Positions 34,817-46,425 of a DNA stretch of 64,000 nucleotides are shown here, piece after piece (position 1 is the first letter of the stretch; the number at the start of each line of letters is the position of its first letter). The notes under the pieces are model-generated. The model saw only the letters and a program-made list of their open reading frames with translations, was not told where the DNA came from and ran no database searches. The position numbers and the translations under genes were made by a program. The stretch is from Scenedesmus sp. PABB004 (Eukaryota): assembly GCA_014905635.1 (NCBI GenBank), contig JABVCE010000052.1, forward strand, positions 1 through 64,000, read 5' to 3'.

Positions 34817-37800
34817 TCACCCCGCCGCCGCCAGGCCCGCGACCGCGCCGCGCAGCGCCTGCTGCCCCGCCGTCGCCTGCCGCGCGAGCGTCAGCAGCAG
34901 GGGCCTCAGCGCCGGGGCGGGCGCCTCGGGGCCGGCGCCGCCGCGGTGCACTGCCGCCGCGCCCGCCTCGACCGGCGGCGCGAGCTCGGCCACCGCGCTG
35001 TCCAGCTGCGCGGCGACCTCGGCGCCCTGCCCGCCGCGCCACGCCGCCTCGGCCGCCTCCATGGCCGCCGCCGCGGCCGCGCACGCCGGCGGCGCGGCCC
35101 CGCCGCCCTGCTGCGCCGCGGCGTCTCCGCCGGCGTCGCTGGTGAGCAGCAGGCGGCAGGTCTCGTCCTCCGGGCCCAGCAGGTCGGCCAGCTCCTCGCG
35201 GCTCAGGCAGACCATGTCAGCCAGGCCCGACGCGACCACCGCGGCGGCCGCCGCCGCCGCCGCGGCGCCGCCGTCGCCGTCCGCGCGGCCGCACTCGGCG
35301 GCGGCCGCGTTGGCGGGCGGCGGCCCCGCGGCCGCGCGCGCGGCGGCGTCGGCAGCGTGCTGCTGCAGCGCTGCGGCCGCGGCGGCCATCGTGCCCAGGC
35401 AGGCGAGCAGCAGGCCGGCCGCCGCGCGCAGCGCGGCGCCCGCTGCGGCCAGGCGCTCCTGCTGCCGCGCGGCGCCGCGCCGGTGCGCCGCGTCTCCCGC
35501 CGCCGCCTTCCTGGCTGCCGCCTCGGCCGCGCCGCGCGCGTCTGCGAGCTGCTCCCGCGTTCGCTCCAGCTCCGCGTTGGCCGCCTGCGCGCGGCGCAGC
35601 GGCCCAGGGCGCGGCGGTCGCGTCAGCGCGCGTGCGAGGATGGGGGGGCTCGCTGCCGCCGCCGAGGCAGCCTGCGGCTCGCCGCCGGCGCGCGCACCGC
35701 GAGCGCCGCCTCTTTGCGCGCCAGCTCGCTCCGCAGCCGTGCCGCGGCCTTCGTCGCGCGTGCGCCCTCCTCCGCCGCGCCCGCGCCCGCCGCCTGCGCC
35801 GCGCCGAGCGCCTCGACCTGCCGCCGCGCCGCCTCCAGCCCCGCCTGCGCGCCGCGCAGCGCTTCCTCCTTGCGCGCTAGGCCCGCCGCCAGCGTGCGCG
35901 CCTTGGCCTCCGCGACCGCCAGGCGCGCAGCGTCCTCTGCGCCCTGCTTCGGCGCAGCTGCCAGCTCGTCGGCGCGCGCCTTGAGGTCCCTGGTGGTGGT
36001 GGCGGCGGTGGTGGTGCGTGGGTGAGTGCGTGCGCGTGTGCATGTGGGGGTGGCGCGTCAGGGGTGCACAGCCGGTGCCGCCCCGCCCCGCAGCGGGCGC
36101 CGCCAGCGGCCGACCAGACGTTGCTTCCCCCAGCCAGGCCCTCACCGTATGGCCGCGTTCTTGCGCTCCAGCGCGGCCCGCGCCTCGCGCAGCCGCGCCT
36201 CGGCGCCCTCCCGTGCGGCCGCCGCGCCCGCGAGCTCGCGCTGCAGCACCAGCAGCACGCCGGACAGCTCGCTGCCGTCGCCGCCCGCCGCGGCGAGCAG
36301 CGCGCCCGCCTCTACGCCGCCCGCGCCGCCGGCGGCCGCGGCCGCGGCCGCCACGGCGGTGGCCGTGGCGCGCTGGCGGCGCGCCGCCTCGGCGCGCGCG
36401 GCGCGCAGCGCCTCGCGCGCGGACGCGAGGTCGGCCTGCGCGCGCGCCGCCTCGTCCCTGGCGGCCGCCGCCTCAACCGCCGCGACCGCGCCCGCTGTGG
36501 CGGCGCGGCGCAGGCCCTCTGCGTCGGCTGCGGCCGCCCGGAGCCGTGCCTTGAGCCGCGCCGCGACGCCCCGCGCCGCCTCGGCGGCCGCCTCCGCCTT
36601 GCCGCGCGCGAGGCGCTCCAGCCGCGCGTCGCGCCGCGCCGCCGCCAACGCGTCCGCCTCGCGCGCCGCCGCGAGCAGCCCCGCGGCCAGCCCCGCGACG
36701 TCGACGCCCTCGCCCTCGCCAGCGCCGCAGGCCGGCCAGCGCGCCGGCTGGTGCGCCGCCTGGCGTGCCCCCGCGCCGCGCGGCGGCGGCGGCGGCGCGC
36801 CGCGGCCGGCCGCGCCCGCGCGCCGCGCACCGAGCGCCGGCCGTGCAGCCGCCTGCCTGCCGCCGGCGGCCGCAGCGCCGCCGCCGGGCCTGCTGCCCGC
36901 CACGCGCACGCCCGGCCTGCCGCCCCGGAGCTGGTGGTGCAGCGCCGCGGCCAGGCCGCCCCAGGCGCTGCCGCCGGCGTTGAGCGCCGACTGACGCCGC
37001 CAGCGCGCCGCCGCGGCCGAGGCAGGCGGCGCGAGCCGGCCCCAGCCCGCGTCGTCATCCGCGCCGCCGGGGCTGTCCGCGCCGCTGCTCGCGCCGCCCA
37101 CAAACTCGGCGGCCACCGACGCGGGCGCCGCCTGCAGCAGCGCCTCCAGCCGCGCCTGCAGCGCGCCCAGCTCCCGCGCCTTGGCCGCCTGGTAGCATGC
37201 GACCTCCTCCGCCAGCGACGCGAGCGCGGCCTCGGCCGCGGCGCGCCCCGCCTCGGCCGCCTCGAGCCGCCCCGCGACCGCGGAGGCCGCGGCGGCCTCG
37301 CCGTCGGCGACGGCGGCGTCGAGCTGGCGCCGCAGGCCGGCCACCTCGGCCTGGTGCCGCGCCCGCGCCGCCGCGAGCTCCGCCTGCGCGTCGGCGGCGG
37401 CCGCCTCGGCCGCGTCCTGCGCAGCGCGCGCCCGCGCTGCAGCGTCGCTGAGCGCCGCCACCTCCGCCTCAAAGCCGGCGGTCGCGTCGGCCAGCTGCGC
37501 CTGCAGCGCGCCGAGCTGGCCCGCCAGCGCCGTGGCGCCGGCCATCGCATCGCCGTGCTCCGCCGCCTGGCCCGCGCTCGCCGCGGCCAGCGCCTCCAGG
37601 CGGCGCTCCAGGCCCATCACGCGCGCCTCCACGCCCGCCGACGCGCCCAGCAGCGAGAGCAGCTGGCCCTCCAGCTGCTCGCCGGCCTGACCCGCGCCGC
37701 CAGCGAGCGCCTCGCCGCGCGCGAGCAGCGTGCCGGCGGCGCCCACGCTGCCGGCGACGCGGCCCAGCACCGCCGCCTCGGCCGCCTCCACCCGCGCCAG

Positions 37801-40800
37801 CAGCGCGGCCGCCTGGCCGTCGTCCAAGCCCTGCGCCTGCTGCGCGGCCGCGAGCTGCTGCCTGAGCTGCCGCAGCTCGCGCTGCGGCCCCGCGCCGGCG
37901 ACCGCCGCGGCGCCGCCGGGCTCGGCGGCGCCGCCCGGCTGCGCCGCGGCCATGCTGTCAGCGGCGTCGGTGAGCGCGCCGCCGCCTTGCAGCCGCGCGC
38001 TGAGCGCGGCGACGTGGCCGGCCAGCGTCCGGGCCTTTGCCTTCCACCTGCTGCACCGCCGCTGCTGGGCGTCCGCCGCAGCCTGCAGCGCCGCGAGCGT
38101 GGTGGACGGCACGGTGACCAGCTCGCCGCCGTCCGCAGGCGCGGCGCCGCCGGCCGCCAGCCCCGCGGCGCTCGGCTCAGCCTGCCGCGGCGAGCGGCGG
38201 CCCGACAGCGAGGGCGAGGACGCCGTTGGCGAGGCGTCGCCGCCGCCGCCCGCAGCGCTGCCGGTGGGCCAGGGCGCGCCGGCCAGCTGCTGGCGCGCGC
38301 CAGCGCCGCTGCTGGCTGCGCTGCCGGCAAGGGTCGGCGGCTCAGCTGGCGCGTTGGGACGGTGCAGGCGTGGCGCGAAGCTGAAGTCCAGCCCCGCCAC
38401 ACCGTCCGCGCCGCTTGCCGCCGAGGCGTGCCCGGGCGAGCCCGGCGCCTGGCCGCTGGCGCCACGCGCACGCTGCAGCTCCGCCTCAACCTCCCTGCGC
38501 CGCGCGCGCGTGCGTGCACAGGACCGGGCAGGTCAGCGCGCGTGGCAAGAGCGCAGCGCAGCGCCCCGCCACCCCCTCCCGCCCGCCGCGCGCACCGCAG
38601 GCGGCGCGCGAGTCGCTCCGCCTCTGCCGCCGCGCCGTCCTTGGCGCGCAGGAAGGCGGCGTTCTCACGCGTCAGCCGCGCCAGCAGCCCGCCTAGCTCC
38701 TTGGCCGCCGCCGGGCTCAGCGCGGCGCCGCCGGGCTTGCCGCCCGCCTCGCCGCCGGCGCCGCCGCCTGCCGTGGCGTTCGCGCACGCGCCGCCGCCCT
38801 CGTCCGCGCCTGCGCCGCCGGCGATGAGCCGGCTCGCCGCGGCCGCGAGGCCCACGTTCTGGCCAGCCATCGCGTCCCGCTCCGCCGCGAGCGTGGCGGC
38901 CGTCGCCACGAGGCGCTCGCGCTCCGCGTCGGCCGCGCGCAGCGCGGCCGCGGCGCGCGCCGCCTCGCGCCGGGCGGCGTCGGCGTCGGCCGCGGCGCGC
39001 GCCGCGGCGTCTGCGTGCGCGTCGCGCTCGGCCGCCGCGGCCGCGGCCGCCGCGGCGCCGCGCGCGGCCTCGGCCTGCGCGGGCGCGAGCGCCTCGTGCA
39101 GGTCGTCGCGGCGCCGCATGAGGCCCGCGTTCTCCCGCGTCAGCCGCGCCAGCATCGCCCCAATCTCGCGCAGCTGCCCCGAGCTCAGCCGCGGCCGCGC
39201 CCGCGCCGCGTCGCCACTCGCGCATGCGCCGCCCTCGGGGGCCGCCCCCTGCGCGGACGTGTCGCCGCCGGCAACGCCCCCCCCCGCGCTGCCGCCGGAG
39301 AGGGAGCCAACGCCGCCGGGCTCGCACTCGGGCGCAGCGCCGCGCCACGCGTGCGGCTCGCCCGGCGGCGCCGCGTCCATCAGCCGCTGTGCCGTGGCCG
39401 CAAGCGTGGCGTTCTGCTCGGCCAGCGCGTCGCGCTCCGCGCGCACGCCCGCGACCTGTGGCGCGCCCGGAGGCGTCAGCGCGCGCACAGCGTGCGCCCG
39501 CGCCACCGTCCCCCCGCTGCCACGCGGCCCTCACCTGCGCGCGCAGGGCATCGTGCGCCGCCGCGAGCTCGTGCGCCCGGCCCCTCAGGCCCGCCGCGTC
39601 GGCCTCGAGCTGCCCCCGCACCGCCGCCGCCTGCGCCGCACCGCGCTCACACGCCGCGAGCTGCGCCTGCAGCGCGCCCGCCTCCTGCGCTGCGCCCGCC
39701 AGCTGGCCGGCCAGCGCCGCGCGCTCCGCCAGCGCAGCGTCCCTGCGGGCGCGGCGCGGCGGCAGCGGCTCGGCCGCTGACGCGGCGGCCGCCGGCGCGC
39801 CTCTCGAGCGCGCCCCCCCCCCCTCCCCCGTGCGCACCTGGCCTTGATGAGCGCCGCATTCTCCCGCGTCAGCCGGGCCATGAGGGACCCAATCTCCTGC
39901 AGCTGCGCCGCTGTCGGCGCGGGGCCGGCGCCGCCGGCGCTGCCGTCGCCGCCGGCGGCGGGCTGGCCGCAGTCAGACTGCGGCGGCGTGCGCGGGCCGA
40001 TGCCGCGGGGCGGCGCCGCGCCCGCGCCCGCCAGCTTGGCGCTCAGCGCGTCCGCCAGCGCGGCGGCCTGGTGCGCGAGGCTGTCGCGCTCCGCGCCCGC
40101 GGCGGCGAGCTGCGGAGCGAGCATTGGCGCGGCGGCGGAGCGCGTGAGCGGAGCAGCGCGCGCGCAAGCAGGCCTGCGGTCTCGCCCCGCCCGGCCACGC
40201 ACCTGCTTCGCCAGCTCGTCCCGCGCGGCGGCGGCGGCCTCCAGCCGGGCGGCCAGGCTCTGCTTGTCCGCCGCCGCCGCCTCCAGCCCCGCCGCCGCCG
40301 CCTCCAGCTGCGCGGCCAGGTCGGCTTGCGCCGTGGCCGCCTCGGCGGCGCCGGCGCGGGGCGAGGCCGGCGCGCTGCTGCCCGGCCGCTGCCGCGCGCT
40401 GCCGCCGGCGGCGGCAGCCGCCGCCTCGGCCGCCTCCACCGCCGCCGCCGCCGCGGCGAGCTTGTCCTGCACCTGGTAGACGACCTCCGCCAGCGCCTCC
40501 TCCAGGCCCAGCCCCGCGACCTCGGCCTCCACCTCTGCGGCCACGCGCGGCTCCGGCTCCGCGCCCAGCACGAGCTCGCCGAGCACGCGCCGCGCGGTCG
40601 CGAGCGCGGACGACAGCTGCGCGCTCGCGCACGCCAGCACCTGCTCCTCCGCCGCCTGTGGGCCGCCGGCTGGCGAGGCCTGCGCCGCGGCCGACCGGCT
40701 GCTCGCCTGCCGCGCGAGCCGCGCCGCCGCCGTCGCGCTGTGCAGCTGGCGCGCGCCGCTGCCAAGCCCGCTGCCGAGCTGCAGCGCCGGCAGCCCGCCG

Positions 40801-43800
40801 CGCGCGCCGCTCCCGGGCCGCGCCAGCGAGCCGCTGCGGCTGCCGAGGCGCGGCGAGCGTGCGGCCGCACTGGGGTCCGCCTGCTGCGCCACGGCCTCGG
40901 CCAGGGCGCCCTCGAGGCGCGCCACCTCCGCGTCGCGCTTGGCCAGCGAGATGCGCAGCGCCGCAATCTGGTGCGCCAGGTACTCCTTCTCAGCGGCCGC
41001 CAGGCCCTGGCTGGACGCCAGCGCGACGCGCGCCGCCGGCGAGCGCGGGCTGGGCGGCTGCGCGCCGTCCGCGCCGGCGGCGGCGTCGGGCGCCTCCGCC
41101 GGGTGCTGTGGCGGCGTGAGGCCCTCGGCCACCCAGCTCTGGCGCTTCAGCGAGGCGCGCAGGCTGGCGGTGCCGCTGCTGCGCAGGCCGGGGCGCGCGC
41201 CGGCGCCCGACGCCTGCCTGCTGAGCGCGGGCGCGCCGCCCGCCGGCCGGCCGCCGCAGCAGCTCACCCACGCGGCGCTGCAGCGCGTCTGCCGCCCGCC
41301 CGCGCTCGGCCAGCTGCTCCTTGAGGTCCGACACGCGCGTGTCGCGCTCCGCGAGGCGCTGCCGCAGCTCCACCTCCACCCTGGGGCGCGCGGCGGGCGG
41401 CGGCAGGGAGTGAGGGCCCACCAGCCGCGGCTGCGGCTGGCGCAGCACACCCCGCAGCTGCCCGGACGCCGCCGCAGCCTGCAGGTCGCACCTCGCGCTG
41501 ACGCGCAGCTTGCGCTGCAGGTCCGCGGCCGCCATCTGCGCCTTGACCAGCTCCCGCCCCAGCCGCGACAGGCTGCCCGTGCCGCCCTCGCCGCCGCCGT
41601 CGCCGGCCGAGGCGCCGTCGTCGACGGCCGGCGCGCCGCCCGCGGCCTCGTCGCCGTGCTGGCTGCCGGGGCGGCTGCCGGCCCAGCTGCTGCGCTCGCT
41701 GGCGCTGCGGCGCACGCCGGGCGGCGTGCTGCTCCGGCCGCGCGGCGTGGCGCCGCCGCCGGCGCGCCTGCTCTCCGCGCGCTCGATGGCCGCCAGGGTC
41801 GCCTCCAGGCCGCGCACCGCAGCGCCCGTGACCTCGCCCGCGGCCTGCAGGTCAGTCACCTCGCGCTGCAGCGCCGAGACCTGGTCCTGCAGCGCGTCGC
41901 GCTCGAGCGTCAGCGCCTCCAGCTGCCCCTCCAGCAGCGCGCCGCGCACCTCGGCCGCGTGCAGCGCCGAGGACGCCGCCGCCGCCGCAGCGTCCGCCGC
42001 CGCCGCCGCGCTGTCCTGGGCGCGCTGCGCCGCCTCAGCGCGCTGCGTGCTCAGCGCCGCCGACGACTCGGCCGACTGCTGCTGCAGCAACGAGCGCAGC
42101 TCCTGTGCGGGCGGGACGCGGCGCGGGGCGTGAGCGACGCTGCACCAGGGCTGCGCCGCAGCGTTGAGACGCTGCGCGGCGCCGGCCGAGCGCGCCCACC
42201 TGCAGCTCGCGCCGCAGCCGCGCCTCCTCTGCCGCGGCTGCGGCAGTGAGCGCCGCGCGCTGCGCCGCCAGCGCGGCCGCGTCGGCGGCCTGCTGCTCCG
42301 CGCAGCTCGCGCCGGCCTCGTCAAGCAGGGACGCAAGCTCACCCACCTCCAGCTCGCGCGACGCCAGGCGCTGCGCGGGGCGCGGCGGGGCGCGGCGCGT
42401 CAGGGCGGCGGCCGGCCGTGGCAGCTTGCGCTGAGACCCCGCCCTTGCCCCTCACAGCGCCGCACCTGCTTGGTCTGCAGCAGCTCGTCCTGCAGGCGGA
42501 ACACCTCCTGCGCGCGCTGCGACGCCTCGGCGCTCAGCTGCGTCACCGCCGCCGCGGGGTCGTCCGCGCCGCCGCCGCAGCCGCCGCCCTGCTCGCCCGC
42601 TGCGAGCCTGGCCGCTGCCGCCTCGAGCGCCGCCGACAGGCGCTGGCTGCGCAGCGTGGCTGCGTCAGCCCGCGCGTGCGCGGCCGCCAGCGACGCCAGG
42701 AGCTGCGCCTCCACCAGCTTCAGCCCGCACAGCTGGCGGGTGAGCGCCATGGCCTGCGCCTCGCCCGCGCCGCCGCCGCCGGCGCCGTTGCCCAGCAGCA
42801 GCGCGACGCGGCCCTCAAACCAGCGGATGAGGGCCTCGTCACGCAGCGCCACGCCCTCGCTCGCCGACCCGGCCGCCAGGCCGCCGCCGCACGCCGAGTG
42901 GCCCTGCGCCCACTCCGCGCAGCCCGCCGCCTCCTGCGCCGCGGCGGCTGCCGAGCGCCGCAGGCTTTCGAGCTCGGCGGCGGACGCCTCCAGCTGCAGG
43001 GCGGCCGCCGCCGCGGCGCGGCGCGCGGCCGCGGCGGCGCTGCCGGCGGCGGCCGAGGCGGCCTGCGCGGCAGCGAGCTCCTCCGCGAGCTGCTGGTTCT
43101 GGGCGAACAGCGCCTCAATCCGCGCCTCCTGCAGCGCCAGGCGCTCGACCGCGTGCGCGGCCGCCTGCTCGCCGCGCCGCGCCGCGCCACGCAGCAGCGC
43201 CTGCCGGCCCGCCTCGGCGGACTGCCACTGCCCCACGAGGCGCTCCGCCGACGCCTGCGCCACGCCGAGCTGCGCGGCGAGGCTGGACGCGTGCTGCGCC
43301 GCCAGCTGCGCCTTGACCTCGCGCTGCACGTAGAGCCTGGGCGGGCGGGGCCAGGGCGGCGCGGGCAGGTTGAAGCGGCGGGCACGGCGGCGCGGTGCGC
43401 GCACCCGCGCGGCGGCCAGGCGGCGCGGCGCACCCACCTGTCGCTCTCCAGCAGCAGCTCCTTGAGCCGCACCACGACGCCGCCCACCCACGACACGTCG
43501 GCGCCGCCAGCCACCGGCGCCGGCGCGCCGCGGCCGCCGCGCCGCGCGGGCGCGGGCGCTGCGGCGCCGGCGGCTGCGGCGTTGACCGCGGCGAGCAGGC
43601 CGTCCAGGGCGAGCGTCACGTGCGCCACGTGCGCCGCGTAGGCGTGCGGGGGCGCGTCCGCCAGGCGCTGCTCCAGCGCGAGCTGGCCCGCGGCGGCTGT
43701 GGCCTGCCGCTCCCTGCGTGGCGCGGGCGCGGCGGCGGGCAGCTCGGCCGGCGGCAGGCGCAGCGCGGCGCCCGGGCCGGCGCAGCGCGCGCGTCTCCAC

Positions 43801-46335
43801 GACCACGCGCGCCGCGCCGCGCACTTGTCCAGCTGGTGGGCGTGCCGCTCCTGCGCCTCCTCCAGCGCCGCACGCAGGCCCGCCGCGTCCGCCTCCGCGC
43901 CAGCGAGGCGCTGCTGCTGCGCCGCGAGCGCGCGGCCCGCCGAACCCAGCTGCGCGGACAGCGGAGGTGGCGGGGCCGGGTGAGCGGAGAGCGCGGCGCT
44001 GGGGCACCTGCTTCGCAAGACACGCCGCTCGCTGCACACCTGCTGCCCCGAGGCCTTGAGCTGCGCCTTCAGATCCTCCACCTGCCGGCCCAGCCGCTCG
44101 GCGGCGCCCTGCGCGGCGGCCGCGGCCGCTGCCCGTGCCGAGGCGTCGGCCTGCGCCGCCTCGAGCTGCTGGCGCAGCTGCGACACCGCCGCTGCGCGCG
44201 CCTCGCACTCGTCCTGGGCGGTGCGGAGGGGAGCGGCGTGGGGCACCGGCGGCCGGCGGCGCGCCCGTGCCGGCCCTGCCAGCAGCCTGGCGCCGCAGGC
44301 CGCGCGCGCGCGCGCGCGCGCGCGTGCGCACCAGGAGCTGCCGCAGGCGGATCTCCTGCGCCGCCGCCTGCGCGTGTGCCGCGGCCAGCTGCGCCGTGAG
44401 CGCCACGAGGCGCTGCTCCGCCTCGCCCGCGCCGCCCGCCTGGAGCGTCTCAATCGTCTCGAGCAGCACGCCGGCGCGCAGGCCCGCGCTGTCCAGCTCG
44501 CAAGCCTGGCGGTGCACCTCCCTGCGCGCACGCGCGCGAGCGGGCGGGCGACCATCGCGTCAGGCGGGCGCCGCCGGCGCGCGCCGAGCAGCCGGCCGCA
44601 GCAGCGCTGGCGCCGCCCCCGCACCTGTCCCTGGCCGCCAGCTGCTGGCGCAGCTCGGCCGCCTGCGTGGCCGCCGCTTCGCGCACCGCGGCGGCTTCGG
44701 CCGCCGCGCGCGCGGCCTCGGACTTGGCCGCCGCGAGCTGCTGCTTGGCGGCGGCTGCCGCGGCCGCGGCAGACTCGCGCTCCGCCGCCGCCGCGTCGCG
44801 AGCCGCCTCTGCGTCTGCGACCGCCGCCTGCGTCGCCGCCAGCTCTTGCGTGAGGCGCTGCCCCGCCTTCACCTGGCCCGCGAGCATCGCCTCGAGCCGC
44901 CCGGCGGCGGCGTGCTCCGCCTGCCCCGCCGCGCCCTGCGCGGCGGCCGCCGCCGCGCGCGCCGCCTCCAGCTGCGACGCAAGCCGTGACAGCTCCACGT
45001 CCCCCAGCTCGCGCTGCTGCCGGGCCGAGCGCAGCTCCGCCTGCACGGACAGCAGCTCCGCCTGCGTCGCCAGCAGCCGCTCGTGCTCGTCGCCGCCGGC
45101 CGCGCTGGCCAGCGCGGCCGGCGGCGCCGCCAGCTGGCGGCTGAGCGCTGGCTCGCTCGGCGCTGGCAGGCACGGCACCTGGGCCAGCGCCGCCGACTTG
45201 CCGGGCTCCCCGCTCAGCGCGGTGGCCGCCAGGCCCATCTCGGCGCGCTGCGTGCGCTCCGTGAGCGCCGCAAGCAGCGCCTGCCCCCGCGCCAGCTCGG
45301 CCGCCCAGTCGGAGGCCGCGGCGGCCGCCTGCGCCTGCTCGCCTGCGGTCAGCTCCTGGGGCAGCTTCACCAGCAGTGCCGCCAGCGCGTCCGCGACCGT
45401 CGGCTCGCAGCCGCCGGCGCCGCCGCCAGCGCCGCCCCACGCCTCCAGGCAGGGCCAGGGCCGCTTGCCGCCGGCGGGCGTCGACGCCGGCGCCGGCGCT
45501 GCTGCCGCCGCGGCGGCCTTGTCGCCGAGGCGCAGCCGCTGGACCGCCTCCAGCAGGCGCGCCGCGCGCATGAGCGGGTACGTGGTCTGCAGCGCGACCC
45601 CCGCCGCCTCCTGCTGCGACGCCGCCAGCTGGTCGCGCGCCTCGTCAAGCGCGCAGCGCGCGTCAGCGAGCTGCTGCTGCAGCAGCGTGACGTCGGCCGC
45701 CTGCGCCGCGCCGCGCCGCCGCAGCTCGGCCACCTCCAGCGACAGCGACGCCGCCTGCGCAGGGGTGGGGCGGCGCTCAAGGGGGAGGGCGGCGCGCCGC
45801 GCGCGCGCGCCCGGCGCCGCGCCCGGCGCGCCCCGGCGCCGCGCCCGGCGCGCCGCGCACCTGCTCGGCCAGGTCGCTGCGGTGCCCCAGGCGCGCGACC
45901 GCCTCCTGCAGCGCCGCCAGCTGCGTGCTGTTGCCCGCGCGCGCCGCCGCGAGCTGCTGTGCGTGCCGCACCGCCGCGCCCGCCGCGCGCTCCTGCACCT
46001 CGGCAAGCCGCGCCGCGCTCAGCGCCGCCGCCTGGCGCGCGTCCAGGAGCTGGGCCTGCAGCGCGGCCGCCGCGCCCTCCGCGTCCTCCAGCGCAGCGGC
46101 CAGGAAGCCCTCCCGCGTGGCGGGCGCGGCCTCGCCCGCGCCGCCGCAGGCGGTGGCGCCTGCGCTGCTTGCGCTGCCGCCGCGCCGTGCCGCCGCCGGC
46201 TGCTGCTGCTGGTCTCGGCCCGCGGCGCCGCTGTCCCCCGTGAGGGCGTCGTACTCGCCCGCCAGCTTGGCCAAGGCGGGGCCGCCGGCGGCCAGCAGCG
46301 CGGCGAGCTTCTTCTGCATGGCCTGGCGGGAGAGG

Positions 46336-46425
<90 letters not shown>

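Noticed and set aside
36022..39780. Very long ORFs in the track (for example 1252 aa +, 1641 aa - at 46884-51809, 1074 aa + at 12135-15359)
   Set aside because: They are Arg/Ala/Gly/Pro-rich shadow frames, expected at this GC content, and overlap better-supported spliced genes.
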